From: Atractiella rhizophila
Taxonomy: Eukaryota
Length of the DNA: 64,000 bases
Direction: 5' to 3'
Assembly (NCBI GenBank): GCA_021432655.1
Contig: MU271381.1
Span: 1 to 64,000 of the forward strand
In this document: positions 63,201-64,000 of the stretch, one piece after another
Numbering within the stretch: the stretch's first letter is position 1
How the letters are laid out: each line of letters begins with the position of its first letter
Notes under the pieces: model-generated
What the model saw: the letters and a program-made list of their open reading frames with translations, nothing else
Database searches by the model: none
What the model was told of the DNA's origin: nothing
Position numbers and translations under genes: made by a program

Positions 63201-64000
63201 GAGTCGTCAAAGGGCTAGCGAAGTTCACTCGGGTTCGGGACGGACCTGAGAAGTTAGGAGATTACGAAGTCATGTTCTTGGTCCTACGGACGTTCCTTCT
63301 CATTTGCTCCGACAATACCAAGTTCATACGAACTGCCGTGGAAGAAGAACATGTCGTCGACTACCTCGTTTCCTGCCTTGAGGCTTTTGCACGCCAAACG
63401 CTCGAGGACCCCACGAACATCGAAGCAGAGTTTCGACATTGCACAGTCGAATCTATGAAGTTGATCTACACCTTCACATCGTTCTACGCGCGGATGGACC
63501 ATGCCTCACCGACAGGCAAGGAGGACAAAGAACACTGGACCTTCGTGAATGGCGAGAGGGAGAAGCATAGCGCGGCATCGGCGTTGTCTCGTGCTTCCAG
63601 CCCGTTTGGACGGCGATGGGGTACGACTATGGCAGGAGGAGCGAACGATGCTATGAAATTGTGGAAGAGCACAACGGCTGCCGTGGGATTGAAGAAGTCG
63701 AATAGTCTTAAAGATCGGAGTCGAGATCGACGGAAAGGTGCCGATAAGGACAATAATGACTTGACTGACGAACACCTCTTCCTTTTCCAGAGGTATGTTT
63801 GGAATGATACAGCGTGTTAATTCGATGCTGACTTCACCACAGGCTCATCCCTCCACTCGTCAGCGTCATGATCGTTTCGTCGTCCTCAGACGTACCAACT
63901 CCCCCTTTTGATGCCTTCCTCAAACACGTCATCAATGGGCTCATGTACTTTCCCCTTGCCGCCCTCCCTTCCGATTGCATTAACGTATCCGAAGGCGACG
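60240..64000 (+). CDS. RIC8: Ric8/synembryn-like G-alpha GEF/chaperone (continues past window end)
   Basis: LKLLARRQVGTEPLSREKSLRILAFHAG, AFRTLCNTLYLH, FLVLRTFL, ESMKLIYT resemble fungal Ric8 ARM repeats; 1302-nt first intron 60958-62259 joins in frame. Confidence 0.65.

Overview
Eukaryotic, intron-rich fungal DNA, not a prokaryotic window. Short 40-100 nt GT-AG introns with CTRAC/CTRAY branch points, micro-exons, a DUF6534-type membrane protein and a Bwc2-type GATA factor point to a basidiomycete (inference). About 22 spliced protein genes can be reconstructed by eye: peroxisomal 4CL-like acyl-CoA ligase (ends SKL), bestrophin/UPF0187, acetamidase/formamidase, prefoldin 3, copper-fist TF, stress SDR, GH28, two hypothetical proteins, a duplicated 2,4-dienoyl-CoA reductase, Sgd1, Efm4, MOCS2A, Ubp8, an OPT/YSL transporter, an RGG protein with two MPLKIP/TTDN1-like motifs, a CE4 deacetylase, WC-2, a CCDC174-like protein, a Hos1/HDAC8-like protein and Ric8 (runs off the end). 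Most notable: (i) five unrelated genes whose first intron is 0.64-1.35 kb, roughly 10-25 times the local norm; (ii) three head-to-tail tandem duplications (1130, 87 and 922 bp) within 7 kb, two of which leave a promoter plus truncated 5' gene copy upstream of the full-length gene; (iii) 3-, 6- and 9-nt micro-exons; (iv) apparent 1-bp frameshifts in Hos1 and the reductase that may be consensus errors. No rRNA, tRNA, CRISPR array or intact transposon was recognised. Gene coordinates span start to stop including introns; splice models were inferred manually and no database search was run.
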